12,755 nucleotides of DNA from Gemmatimonadaceae bacterium (GCA_040901985.1 JBBDYC010000001.1:106853-119607), one strand, 5' to 3'. Positions 1 to 7,847 are shown, numbered from the stretch's first letter. Notes: generated from the letters alone by a model not told the origin. Numbers and translations are program-made.

Positions 1-47
1 GACGGGGCGTTGTCCACTAGTGGCGCCGAGGCGCCATCAGGCGGTGC

Positions 48-575
48 CTAGCGCCAGAAGACGCTGAGGCCGAACCGGCCGCCGAGAAGCATCTCGGGGT
101 CCGTTGAGTCGCCCGCGCGAAGCATCGCGGCCGCGCTCCAGGAGACCTTGTCGTTCATCGCCTTCTTGTAGCCGACGTCGGCGCCGAAGTCGATCAGGGC
201 GTCCACGTCGGTGATCTTCGTGATGGCGACTCCGGGCGCAACGAAAAGCCCGTTGCGGCCGCGATCGCCCGCGAAGTAGAACGGAGCGAAGACGCCGATG
301 CTGATGATCGTCTGCGCGTCGAAGCCCTCCGGCGTGAAGCTGACGAGCGAGAGCGTCGGCTCAAGCGCGAGCTTGTCGTTCAGGTAGATGCCGAGCGCTA
401 CCGATCCCGGAATCCCGACCCCAAACTGCGTGTAGGCGTCGCTGACCATCTCGAGGCCGGCCACGTCCACCCGGATCTCCTCGACCTTCAGCCCGCCCAT
501 CTGCGCCTCAACTGCGCCCGCCGAGAACGCGGCGACCGCTGCGACCGCGACAGCCCGACGAAGAACTGACAGCAT
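48..575 (-). CDS. Secreted small outer-membrane beta-barrel protein (175 aa)
   Basis: Start moved from 725 to ATG at 575, which follows GGAGG. Sec signal MLSVLRRAVAVAAVAAFSAGAVEA-Q. Alternating hydrophobic strands (ALGIYL, FGADVGY, VSWSAAAML) and an aromatic C-terminal strand GGRFGLSVFWR. Confidence 0.8.
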   Translation of the reverse strand: MLSVLRRAVAVAAVAAFSAGAVEAQMGGLKVEEIRVDVAGLEMVSDAYTQFGVGIPGSVALGIYLNDKLALEPTLSLVSFTPEGFDAQTIISIGVFAPFYFAGDRGRNGLFVAPGVAITKITDVDALIDFGADVGYKKAMNDKVSWSAAAMLRAGDSTDPEMLLGGRFGLSVFWR

Positions 576-646
576 GATGCCTCCGAAAAGAAAGTGGTAA
601 GTCCGGTCCAACTCGCCGTCGCCAGGAACCCGGACGGCACGGGATA

Positions 647-674
647 ATTCTTGCTTGCATTCACAAAAAAGCAA
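647..674 (-). promoter_or_regulatory. Putative sigma70 promoter for the OMP gene
   Basis: Minus strand TTGCTT (674-669), 16-nt spacer, AAGAAT (652-647), in an AT-rich patch about 70 nt upstream of the ATG. Confidence 0.45.
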
Positions 675-871
675 CTCCCCCACCTGCTGGCGGTCCTGGT
701 GGGTTTCCCCACCCCCTACCGCCAAGGCCCCGCTCGGGTTTCGCCGGGGAGTAGGCCCTCAACGTGGGACGAATTCGCCCCTCTGGCGTAACAGACAGGG
801 TGGGGGCGCCCGATGCCGGGAAGGACGGGAATTCCCCCACAGCCTGCCCTCAGCTGGGCAGGCCGAAAAGA

Positions 872-887
872 TGTAAGAAAAGTCACA
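872..887. promoter_or_regulatory. CRP/FNR-family-like binding site
   Basis: TGTAA-GAAAAG-TCACA versus consensus TGTGA-N6-TCACA (one mismatch), within an A-rich island. Confidence 0.55.
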
Positions 888-963
888 AAACGTCCTCCAG
901 GCCCGTGGCGAATGCCCGAATGCCCGGAGGTCGCGATTCACCCCCACTAGCTAGAGGTGTACC

Positions 964-1701
964 GTGCCCAGAAACCTCCTACGGCGATCCGCCGCAATCC
1001 TGTTGGCCACCCTGATTGTCGGGTGTGGCGGCTCTGACGCCGACGCCGAGGACGCGGCCCGCGAGATTGAGCTCCCGCCTGCCGGTGCCTCCGAGCCGTT
1101 GAACGACCAGGCTGCCACTGTGCCGGCCCCCGTCACGCGGACTCCGGCGCAGCGGCCGCCCGCGCCAGCCGCCAACCGGAGCGGCACGATTGCCGCCGGC
1201 ACGGCGCTCAGCCTCACGTCCGGCACCCGCGTCTGTACCAACACGCATAAGGCCGGCGACAACTTCACCGCAACACTGACCGCCCCGGTGGTCGGCACGA
1301 ACGGCGCGGTCCTCGCCACCGGCACGGAAGTCACCCTGCAAGTCGTGGAGTCCGTGCGGGGCCGGAATGACATCAACGCGATTCGCCTTGGCTTCGGGGT
1401 CGTCGCGATTACCCGCAACGGCGTTACCACCGGCATCGTGGGCGACGTGACTCAGGTCGCCGGCCTCGACACCGAGCGCCTGCAGACCAACCAGACGCAG
1501 GCAGGGAAGGTGGTTACCGGCGCGGCGATCGGCGCAGTGGCCGGCCAGATCCTTGGCAAGAACACCAAGAGCACCATCGCCGGCGCCGCGATCGGCGCCG
1601 CCGCCGGCGGTGCCGTGGCCGCCGCGACGACCGACTACGACGGCTGCCTGCCGGCGAACAGCTCGATCGTGGTGGTGCTGCGGGAAGCGTTCCTGATGTA
1701 A
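964..1701 (+). CDS. Lipoprotein with a beta-rich (TrbI/VirB10-like) domain and glycine zipper
   Basis: GTG start after AGAGGT. Lipobox LIVG-C21. Pro/Ala linker, then TIAAGT...GDNFTATLTAPV. Glycine zipper GAAIGAVAGQILG...AGAAIGAAAGGAVA. Confidence 0.8.
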   Translation: MPRNLLRRSAAILLATLIVGCGGSDADAEDAAREIELPPAGASEPLNDQAATVPAPVTRTPAQRPPAPAANRSGTIAAGTALSLTSGTRVCTNTHKAGDNFTATLTAPVVGTNGAVLATGTEVTLQVVESVRGRNDINAIRLGFGVVAITRNGVTTGIVGDVTQVAGLDTERLQTNQTQAGKVVTGAAIGAVAGQILGKNTKSTIAGAAIGAAAGGAVAAATTDYDGCLPANSSIVVVLREAFLM

Positions 1702-1725
1702 GAGGCGTAAGGTGTGAGGCAACCG

Positions 1726-1764
1726 CGATGCGGGGGGAAGCTCAAAGAGCCTCCCCCCGCATTG
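1726..1764. terminator. Probable bidirectional terminator hairpin between convergent genes
   Basis: ATGCGGGGGGAAGCTC-AAA-GAGCCTCCCCCCGCAT (1728-1762): 16-bp stem with one mismatch, between stops at 1701 and 1801. U-tails are weak. Confidence 0.75.
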
Positions 1765-1770
1765 TCGTTC

Positions 1771-1794
1771 CCTCCCACCTCCCACCTTTCACCT
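1771..1794. repeat. Heptamer tandem repeat
   Basis: CCTCCCA-CCTCCCA-CCTTTCA-CCT read directly from the sequence. Confidence 0.7.
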
Positions 1795-1800
1795 GTAGTT

Positions 1801-3549
1801 CTAGTATCCCACCGCCCCCCCCGACCCGCGTGGCTCGTGCACGCCGTGCCACCCGCCGGGGACTCGCATAATCGCGTTCACGTTGGCGATCCCCTGGCGC
1901 GTCGAGAGCCTGTGCCCCATCCGCCGGAGGCGCCGGAGGGTCCGCCGGTCGAACCCCTGCTCCTCGTGGCGGATCGAGTCCGGCAGGGCCTGGTGGTGCA
2001 TCCGCGGGGCGCGCATCGCGTCGGTGAGCGTCATCCCGTGCTCGATCACGTTGAGGATCACCTGCGTGGTCGCGGTGATGATGGTCGGTCCGCCGGCGGC
2101 GCCGACCACCAGCAGTACTTGGCCCTGCGGGTCGAGGACGATCGTCGGCGACATCGCGCTCAACATTCGCTTCCCGGGCTGGATCGCGTTCGCCTCGCCC
2201 TGGACAAGCCCGTACATATTGGGCGATCCGGGCCGCGCGGCGAAGTCGTCCATCTCGTTGTTGAGGAAGAAGCCGCCGCCGGGAACCCAGACGGCGGAGC
2301 CGTAGCCGTTGTTGATGGTGGTCGTCGTGGCGACCGCGTTGCCCTCGGCGTCCACGACCGAGTAGTGCGTGGTGTGCTCGGCCTCCGGCAAGGTCTCGAA
2401 GGCGGGAGTGCGCGAGGCGCGCCGACGACTGATCTGCCCGGCGAGCCTCCACGCGTACTCCTTGGACGTCAGCTCGGCGCGCGGCACCGGCACGAAGTCG
2501 GCGTCGGCGAGCTTCGCGTTGCGGTCCTGGAAGCTCCGGCGGAAAGTCTCGGTCAGGAGGTGCACGTACGCCGCGCTGCCAAATTCCGGCAAGGGCGCAA
2601 ATCGCTCGAGGATGTTGAACGTCTGCGCCATCGTGATCCCGCCCGACGAGGCCGGCGGCATCGTGACCAGCGTGTAGCCGCGGTAGGTCGAGACCACGGG
2701 GTCACGCCACTTGGGCTCATAGCGGCGGAGGTCCTCGCGGGTGATGATGCCGCCGCCGCGCTCCATCTCCGCCACGAGCGTCTCACCGACCGGCCCGTCG
2801 TAGAAGGCCCGCGGGCCCCGCTCGGCAATCAGCCGAAGCGACCACGCCAGTTCCGGCTGGGCCAGGCGTGCGCCGGGCGCGAGTGGCGCGCCACCGGGAT
2901 AAAACGTCGCGCACCCGGCGAACGCGCAGATCCGCCGCTGCGCGCCACGCAGCGATTGCGAGAGGGCACTGTCCACCACGAACCCCTCGCTGGCGAGGCG
3001 GATCGCCGGCGCCATCACCGCGGCGAGCGGCATCGTGCCGTAGCGCTCGAGCGCCGCGGCCATTCCGGCCACGGCCCCCGGGACGCCAGACGCGAGATGG
3101 CCGTCCAGACTCTGCGAGGTCAGCTTGCCGAGCGAGTCCACGTACATATTCCGCGTGGCGGCGAGTGGAGCGACCTCCCGGTAATCGAGCGCCGCCGTGC
3201 GGCCGTCGGCCATCCGGATGGTCATAAACCCGCCGCCGCCGATGTTGCCGGCGAACGGATACGTCACCGCGAGTGCGAATCCCACCGCCACCGCGGCGTC
3301 CACGGCGTTCCCGCCCGCCTTCATGATTTCGGCACCGGCGGCGCTGGCCAGGTCGGAGTTGCTCGACACCATTGCTGCCGCGCCGAACGACGGCTCGCGC
3401 AGGTTGCCGAAGCGCCACCCGCCGGCGTAGGGCCCCGAGTACCGGCCGTCGGTGCCCGTCGCCGTGCCCGAGCGTGGCGCGCCGCAGGCGGCGATTGCAA
3501 CCGCGACGCCTACGAGCGCGAGCAGTGTCCGGCGGAACCCCGTCAACAT
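1801..3549 (-). CDS. ggt: Gamma-glutamyltransferase, predicted lipoprotein (582 aa)
   Basis: GGNAVDAAVA, GNIGGGGF, DYRE, autocleavage/nucleophile H-TTHYSVVD, NNEMDDF, PGKRMLSAM, GAAGG. ATG at 3549 overlaps the upstream TGA (TGATG) and follows GGAGGG. Lipobox IAA-C. Confidence 0.95.
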   Translation of the reverse strand: MLTGFRRTLLALVGVAVAIAACGAPRSGTATGTDGRYSGPYAGGWRFGNLREPSFGAAAMVSSNSDLASAAGAEIMKAGGNAVDAAVAVGFALAVTYPFAGNIGGGGFMTIRMADGRTAALDYREVAPLAATRNMYVDSLGKLTSQSLDGHLASGVPGAVAGMAAALERYGTMPLAAVMAPAIRLASEGFVVDSALSQSLRGAQRRICAFAGCATFYPGGAPLAPGARLAQPELAWSLRLIAERGPRAFYDGPVGETLVAEMERGGGIITREDLRRYEPKWRDPVVSTYRGYTLVTMPPASSGGITMAQTFNILERFAPLPEFGSAAYVHLLTETFRRSFQDRNAKLADADFVPVPRAELTSKEYAWRLAGQISRRRASRTPAFETLPEAEHTTHYSVVDAEGNAVATTTTINNGYGSAVWVPGGGFFLNNEMDDFAARPGSPNMYGLVQGEANAIQPGKRMLSAMSPTIVLDPQGQVLLVVGAAGGPTIITATTQVILNVIEHGMTLTDAMRAPRMHHQALPDSIRHEEQGFDRRTLRRLRRMGHRLSTRQGIANVNAIMRVPGGWHGVHEPRGSGGAVGY

Positions 3550-4220
3550 CAACGCCCTCCGGCGACGCGCAGTCGCAGCCCGAGCCTGGTGGTGTACTGC
3601 CGTTGCACGCGCGAGACGCCCGAGGGCAATCCCTCGGCGGAGCCAATCACCGTGCCGGCGTCCTGCACGATCGTAATTGCCGCGCGGTCGCCGAGCTGGA
3701 TGCCGAATCCGAACCCGATCACCAACGCGAGTCCATTGCGCGCCTTGCGCTCATCTGCAGTGAGGACGTCGTCGCCCTGGTAGCCCGCCCATTGCGACAG
3801 GCCGGCCGCCAGCTCGATTAGCTGGTAGAACCCGCGCCCCTCGGGCGACCGGAACGTCGCCATGAACTGTCGGAACTGGATGTCGCCCTCGGCGCCTGGA
3901 TTCACGCTGCGGCGGATTGGCACCGACGCCAGCGTCGCCGTGAACCCGACCGACGAGCCCGACCGAAGACTCGTCTCGAGCGACGCCCGATACTGGAACG
4001 ACTCCCCCAGGGCCCAGTCGGCGCCGCTCTGTCCATCAAAGCGCCCTTGCGTCTGCAGCAGGCCCGCCGCGACGGAGACGATGACCGGGCGCGCCGACTC
4101 GTCTGCGGACGGCACCCGGATCAACTGTGCCTCGAGCGGGGGGACGATCGGCGCGACGGCCAGCGCGGCAATGGTGGCGAGCGCGGTGCGGGCGACGACG
4201 GAACGGATGCGATGGGTCAT
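3549..4220 (-). CDS. Secreted hypothetical protein, likely outer-membrane beta-barrel (about 223 aa)
   Basis: Only the C-terminal part of ORF 3549..5228 looks real; the rest is antisense to murQ. Signal peptide MTHRIRSVVARTALATIAALAVAPIVPPLEA-Q, amphipathic strands (FQYRASLE, VIGFGFGIQL, TTRLGLRLRV). Start may be ATG 4220 or GTG 4223. Confidence 0.7.
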   Translation of the reverse strand: MTHRIRSVVARTALATIAALAVAPIVPPLEAQLIRVPSADESARPVIVSVAAGLLQTQGRFDGQSGADWALGESFQYRASLETSLRSGSSVGFTATLASVPIRRSVNPGAEGDIQFRQFMATFRSPEGRGFYQLIELAAGLSQWAGYQGDDVLTADERKARNGLALVIGFGFGIQLGDRAAITIVQDAGTVIGSAEGLPSGVSRVQRQYTTRLGLRLRVAGGR

Positions 4221-4229
4221 CACCGAGGA

Positions 4230-4236
4230 TAAGTTA
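4230..4236. promoter_or_regulatory. Putative bidirectional overlapping -10 elements
   Basis: TAAGTTA gives TAAGTT on + (4230-4235) and TAACTT on - (4236-4231), both TAnnnT, in the 78-bp gap between divergent operons. Confidence 0.55.
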
Positions 4237-4298
4237 GGGGACGCCGCAAGTGCGCGACACCGCGCGAGCATCCCTTTCGACCCCACCCGCCCCGAAAC

Positions 4299-5216
4299 GT
4301 GCTCGATCCCCGGGTCACCGAGCGCCGGAATCCGCGCAGCGTCAACATCGACCTCGCGTCGGCGCTCGAGATCGTGGACCTGATGAACGCCGAGGACCGC
4401 ACGGTGGCCGATGCGGTCGCCTCGCAGCGTACGGAGATCGCGCGGGCGGTGACCCTCGTCGAGCAGGCGTTCCGCGCCGGGCATCGGCTCTTCTACGTCG
4501 GCGCCGGGACCTCCGGCCGTCTCGGCGTCCTCGATGCGGCGGAGTGCCCACCGACCTTCGGCAGCGCCCCGGAGATGGTCCAGGGGATCATTGCCGGGGG
4601 GCCGGCGGCGCTGACGCGCTCGCAGGAAGGCGCCGAGGACCGCCCCGACGGTGCGCGCGCCGACCTCGCGGCGGCTGGCGTGGCGGCCGGCGACGTCGTC
4701 ATCGGCATTGCCGCCAGCGGGACCACACCCTACGTGCACGCGGCGCTCAAGCACGCGCGCGCCGCCAGGGCGCACACGGTGATTCTTGCCTGTTCGCCGC
4801 CGCCCGCCGAGCTCGTCGCGGTCGTGGACATCGCAATCGTCCCGATCACCGGACCCGAGGTGCTGACCGGCTCCACGCGCCTCAAGGCGGGCACCGCCAC
4901 CAAGCTCGTCCTCAACACCATCACCACCGGCGCGATGGTCCGGCTTGGCAAGGCGTACGGAAACCTGATGGTGGACCTGCAGGCGACGAACGACAAGCTC
5001 CGCGACCGCGCCGAGCGGCTGCTCGTCGCCACCTGCGGAGTGTCGCGCGACGAGGCGCGCGCACTCCTTGCCGCCTGCGACGGCCGGGTGAAGGTGGGAA
5101 TCGTGATGCACAAGCTTGGGGTCCCGCGCGCCGACGCGGAGGTGCGGCTCGCGGCGGAGGGCGGGGTGATCCGCCGCGTGATCGCGGACCAACCGCCGTC
5201 GGTGGAGGACGCGTGA
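4299..5216 (+). CDS. murQ: N-acetylmuramic acid 6-phosphate etherase
   Basis: TERRNPRS, YVGAGTSGRLGVLDAAECPPTFG, GIAASGTTPYV, GPEVLTGSTRLKAGTATKLVLN, NLMVDLQATNDKL. Confidence 0.97.
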   Translation: MLDPRVTERRNPRSVNIDLASALEIVDLMNAEDRTVADAVASQRTEIARAVTLVEQAFRAGHRLFYVGAGTSGRLGVLDAAECPPTFGSAPEMVQGIIAGGPAALTRSQEGAEDRPDGARADLAAAGVAAGDVVIGIAASGTTPYVHAALKHARAARAHTVILACSPPPAELVAVVDIAIVPITGPEVLTGSTRLKAGTATKLVLNTITTGAMVRLGKAYGNLMVDLQATNDKLRDRAERLLVATCGVSRDEARALLAACDGRVKVGIVMHKLGVPRADAEVRLAAEGGVIRRVIADQPPSVEDA

Positions 5217-6355
5217 GCGTCGGGGCATCGCGCGTGCTGGTGGGCCTGATGTCCGGCACGTCGCTCGACGGCATCACGGCGGCGGTCGTCCGCTTCGGCG
5301 TGGGCACGGATGGCGCGCCCACGGCGGAACTCCTCGCCCACGTCGCACGTCCCTACGACGACCGCCAGCGCGCACGCCTCGCGGCGGCAATGGAGGGCGT
5401 CGCGCCGGACGAGTACGCGAGGCTCGACTTCGCCCTCGGTGGCTGGCTCGCCGACGCCGCAATCGCCGCGATTGCCGAGGCGGGCGTACCGCGCGAGGAG
5501 ATCGCCGCAATTGCGTCGCACGGGCACACCGTCTGGCACGCGCCGCCGCACGGGACCTGGCAGTTCGGCCAGCCGGCGGTGATCGCCGAGCGTACCGGCC
5601 TCGCCGTGGTCGCCGACTTCCGGGTGCGCGACGTGGCGGCTGGCGGCGAGGGCGCGCCGCTCGTGCCGATGGCCGACGCACTGCTCTTCGCGCGCCCCGA
5701 CCACTGGCGCATCCTGCAGAACCTCGGCGGCATCGGGAATCTCACCGTGCTGCCACCGGGCGGTGCCCTCGATGGCGTCCGCGCGTTCGACACCGGCCCC
5801 GGCGTTTGCATCGTGGACGGCGTGACGCGGCTGCTGCGCCCCGGGCTCCCCTACGACCGCGACGGGGCGTTGGCGCGTGGCGGGTCGCCGATCGAGTCGG
5901 TGATCGAGGAGCGCCTGGCCGACGCCTGGTTTGCCGCGCCGCCGCCCAAGTCCACCGGCCGCGAGCGCTTCACCAGTGCCTACATCGCCGACATCGTGGC
6001 GCGCTGCCGCGCCGCGCGACCCGGCTGCACCGACGAGGACATCGTCGCGACCGCCACCTGGCTCACCGCGCGCAGCATTGCGCTCGCAGTGGAGCGCTTC
6101 GTCCCGCAGCCGGTGGAAGACGTCCTCGTCTCCGGCGGGGGCGCGCGCAACCCGGCGCTGCTCGAGGCGATCGCGATGGTGCTCGCGCCGCGCGTCGTCC
6201 GCGGGTTCGGCGGCCTCTACTTCGACGGTGACGCCAAGGAGGCGGTCGCCTTCGCGTTCCTCGGCTGGCTGCATCTCGAGGGACGCTCGGGGAACATTCC
6301 CGGTGCGACGGGCGCTCGCGGCGCTCGCGTGCTCGGCGCGCGCTACCCGGCGTGA
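5213..6355 (+). CDS. anmK: Anhydro-N-acetylmuramic acid kinase (380 aa)
   Basis: GTG start overlaps the murQ stop (GTGA) after GGAGG. GLMSGTSLDG, SHGHTVWH, DFRVRDVAAGGEGAPLVP, NLGGIGN, FDTGPG, PPKSTGRE, KEAVAFA. Confidence 0.96.
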   Translation: MSVGASRVLVGLMSGTSLDGITAAVVRFGVGTDGAPTAELLAHVARPYDDRQRARLAAAMEGVAPDEYARLDFALGGWLADAAIAAIAEAGVPREEIAAIASHGHTVWHAPPHGTWQFGQPAVIAERTGLAVVADFRVRDVAAGGEGAPLVPMADALLFARPDHWRILQNLGGIGNLTVLPPGGALDGVRAFDTGPGVCIVDGVTRLLRPGLPYDRDGALARGGSPIESVIEERLADAWFAAPPPKSTGRERFTSAYIADIVARCRAARPGCTDEDIVATATWLTARSIALAVERFVPQPVEDVLVSGGGARNPALLEAIAMVLAPRVVRGFGGLYFDGDAKEAVAFAFLGWLHLEGRSGNIPGATGARGARVLGARYPA

Positions 6356-6386
6356 GCGCGCGCCGTCCCCTCAGCAAGGGTTCGTC

Positions 6387-7847
6387 GTGACCGGATCGCT
6401 GGCGGCCCTCCTTGTGCCGGAGCTGCGCTGGGAGCCCGGTCAGGGCTTTGCCGGTCACCGCGCGGCGATTGACGCCGCACTCGAAATCGGCGTCGGGGGA
6501 TTCGTCGTTTGCGGGGGGCCGGTCGCCGAGGTCGCCGAGCTGACCGCCGTGTTGCACGCGAGTTCGCGCATTCCGCTCCTGATCGGCGCCGAGGCGGAGC
6601 AGGGGGCGGGGGAATGCTTTGCGGGCGCGACCGGCCTGCCGCCGCTCGGCGCGCTCGCCGCGCTTCGCGACGACGACGTCGTCCGCCGCGCCGCCCGACT
6701 CACCGCGCGCGAGCTACGTGCACTCGGCGTGACCTGGGCAATCGCTCCGTCGGCCGACCTCGACCTCGGGTTGGCGAACCCGATGCTCGGCGCGCGCTCG
6801 TTTGGCGCCGAGCCGCAGCGCGTGGCCGAGTGGACCGTGGCGTGGACCGACGCCTGTCAGGCGGAGGGTGTGCTCGCCTGCGCAAAGCATTTTCCCGGCA
6901 TTGGCCGCGCGACCGCCGATCCGCACCGTGGCGCGGTGAGCGTGGACGAGGGCGGCGCCCAATTGTGGAGCGCCGATCTCGTCCCGTTCCGGGCCGCGGT
7001 GGACGCCGGCGTGGCAACGCTGCTCGTCGCCCAGGTGTCGTATCCTCGACTCGACGCGAGCGGCGCGCTCGCCACCCGGTCCCCGCTGTTGCTGCGTGAG
7101 CTGCTACGGGGTGAACTCCAGTACGAGGGTCTGCTCGTGAGTGATCGGCCGTCGCAGCCCGGGGCGCTCGTCGGTGACGACGAGGGCGCAGCGACGCTCG
7201 AGGCCGTCGTGGCAGGGTGCGACCTTGTCCTCGCGCCGATGGACCTCGCCGGTGCGCTCGCCGCGTTCGACCGTGGGCTGGACGAGGGCCGTCTGGTGCC
7301 GAGTCGGCTCGAGGACAGTCTGCGCCGGCGCACGTTCTGGGCCGAGTGGGGCCGCCCGCAGGGCGGACGCGAGGCGACGCTTGAGGACGTGCTCTGGGCG
7401 CGACAGGTGGCCGACACGGTGGTGCACCCGGTCCGCGGCGTCATCCCAAACATCGGGCCGGTGGTGGACGTCATACCGGTGGACGACGACGCCGACGCGG
7501 CAGGACCGTCGGGCGCCGATCGGTTCGGCGCGTTCTTCGCCGCACTCCGCGCGGTCGGAATGACGCCCGAGCGGGTAGAAGGTCCGACCGACGCGGGGCG
7601 CGGGGCGGTGGTGGTCGCAGTGCGCGGCGCGCCGGCATCGGGGCGTGGGCGCGCCGGCTACCGCGAGGCCACGCGCCATCGAGTGGCAAGGGCAGTGGCC
7701 GATGCACGGGCGGCACGGCGCTCGATTGCCGTGGTGGTGTTCGGCCCGCCGCGGCTGGCGGACGAACTCCCCGAGGCATCGAACGTGATCTGCGCGTGGT
7801 CCGCCGCGCGCGCGATGCAGGAGGCCGCGGCGCGACGGCTGGCGTGA
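6387..7847 (+). CDS. nagZ: GH3 beta-N-acetylglucosaminidase-like protein (NagZ-like, two-domain, 486 aa)
   Basis: GTG at 6387 after AAGGG. RSFG, KHFPGIGRATADPH (NagZ-type signature), DLVPFRAA, LLVSD nucleophile, plus a C-terminal alpha/beta domain. No signal peptide. Downstream of murQ-anmK. Confidence 0.82.
   Translation: MTGSLAALLVPELRWEPGQGFAGHRAAIDAALEIGVGGFVVCGGPVAEVAELTAVLHASSRIPLLIGAEAEQGAGECFAGATGLPPLGALAALRDDDVVRRAARLTARELRALGVTWAIAPSADLDLGLANPMLGARSFGAEPQRVAEWTVAWTDACQAEGVLACAKHFPGIGRATADPHRGAVSVDEGGAQLWSADLVPFRAAVDAGVATLLVAQVSYPRLDASGALATRSPLLLRELLRGELQYEGLLVSDRPSQPGALVGDDEGAATLEAVVAGCDLVLAPMDLAGALAAFDRGLDEGRLVPSRLEDSLRRRTFWAEWGRPQGGREATLEDVLWARQVADTVVHPVRGVIPNIGPVVDVIPVDDDADAAGPSGADRFGAFFAALRAVGMTPERVEGPTDAGRGAVVVAVRGAPASGRGRAGYREATRHRVARAVADARAARRSIAVVVFGPPRLADELPEASNVICAWSAARAMQEAAARRLA

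Noticed and set aside
1..47. End of a convergent gene (TAG at 18-20) and small hairpin TGGCGC-CGAG-GCGCCA (21-36)
   Set aside because: Too little sequence at the window edge, a short stem and no U-tract.
635..924. Sigma54 promoters at CGGCACG...TTGC (635-654) and TGGCG...TGC (906-923)
   Set aside because: GG-to-GC spacing does not match the required GG-N10-GC.
576..963. tRNA, riboswitch, CRISPR or small CDSs in the intergenic region
   Set aside because: No cloverleaf, no recognisable aptamer, no regularly spaced repeats, and the short ORFs lack coding character.
1714..3783. 689-aa + strand ORF and other long antisense or alternate-frame ORFs (979..1785, 4730..6274, 8315..9619, 9663..10655, 10787..12472)
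   Set aside because: Arg/Pro/Gly-rich shadows of well-supported genes, expected in high-GC DNA, with no recognisable motifs.
4224..5228. N-terminal extensions of ORFs 3549..5228 and 4250..6355 (likewise 5931..7847, 10649..12484, 48..725)
   Set aside because: They overlap neighbouring real genes or promoter DNA. Internal starts fit better with RBS, stop-start overlaps or signal peptides.
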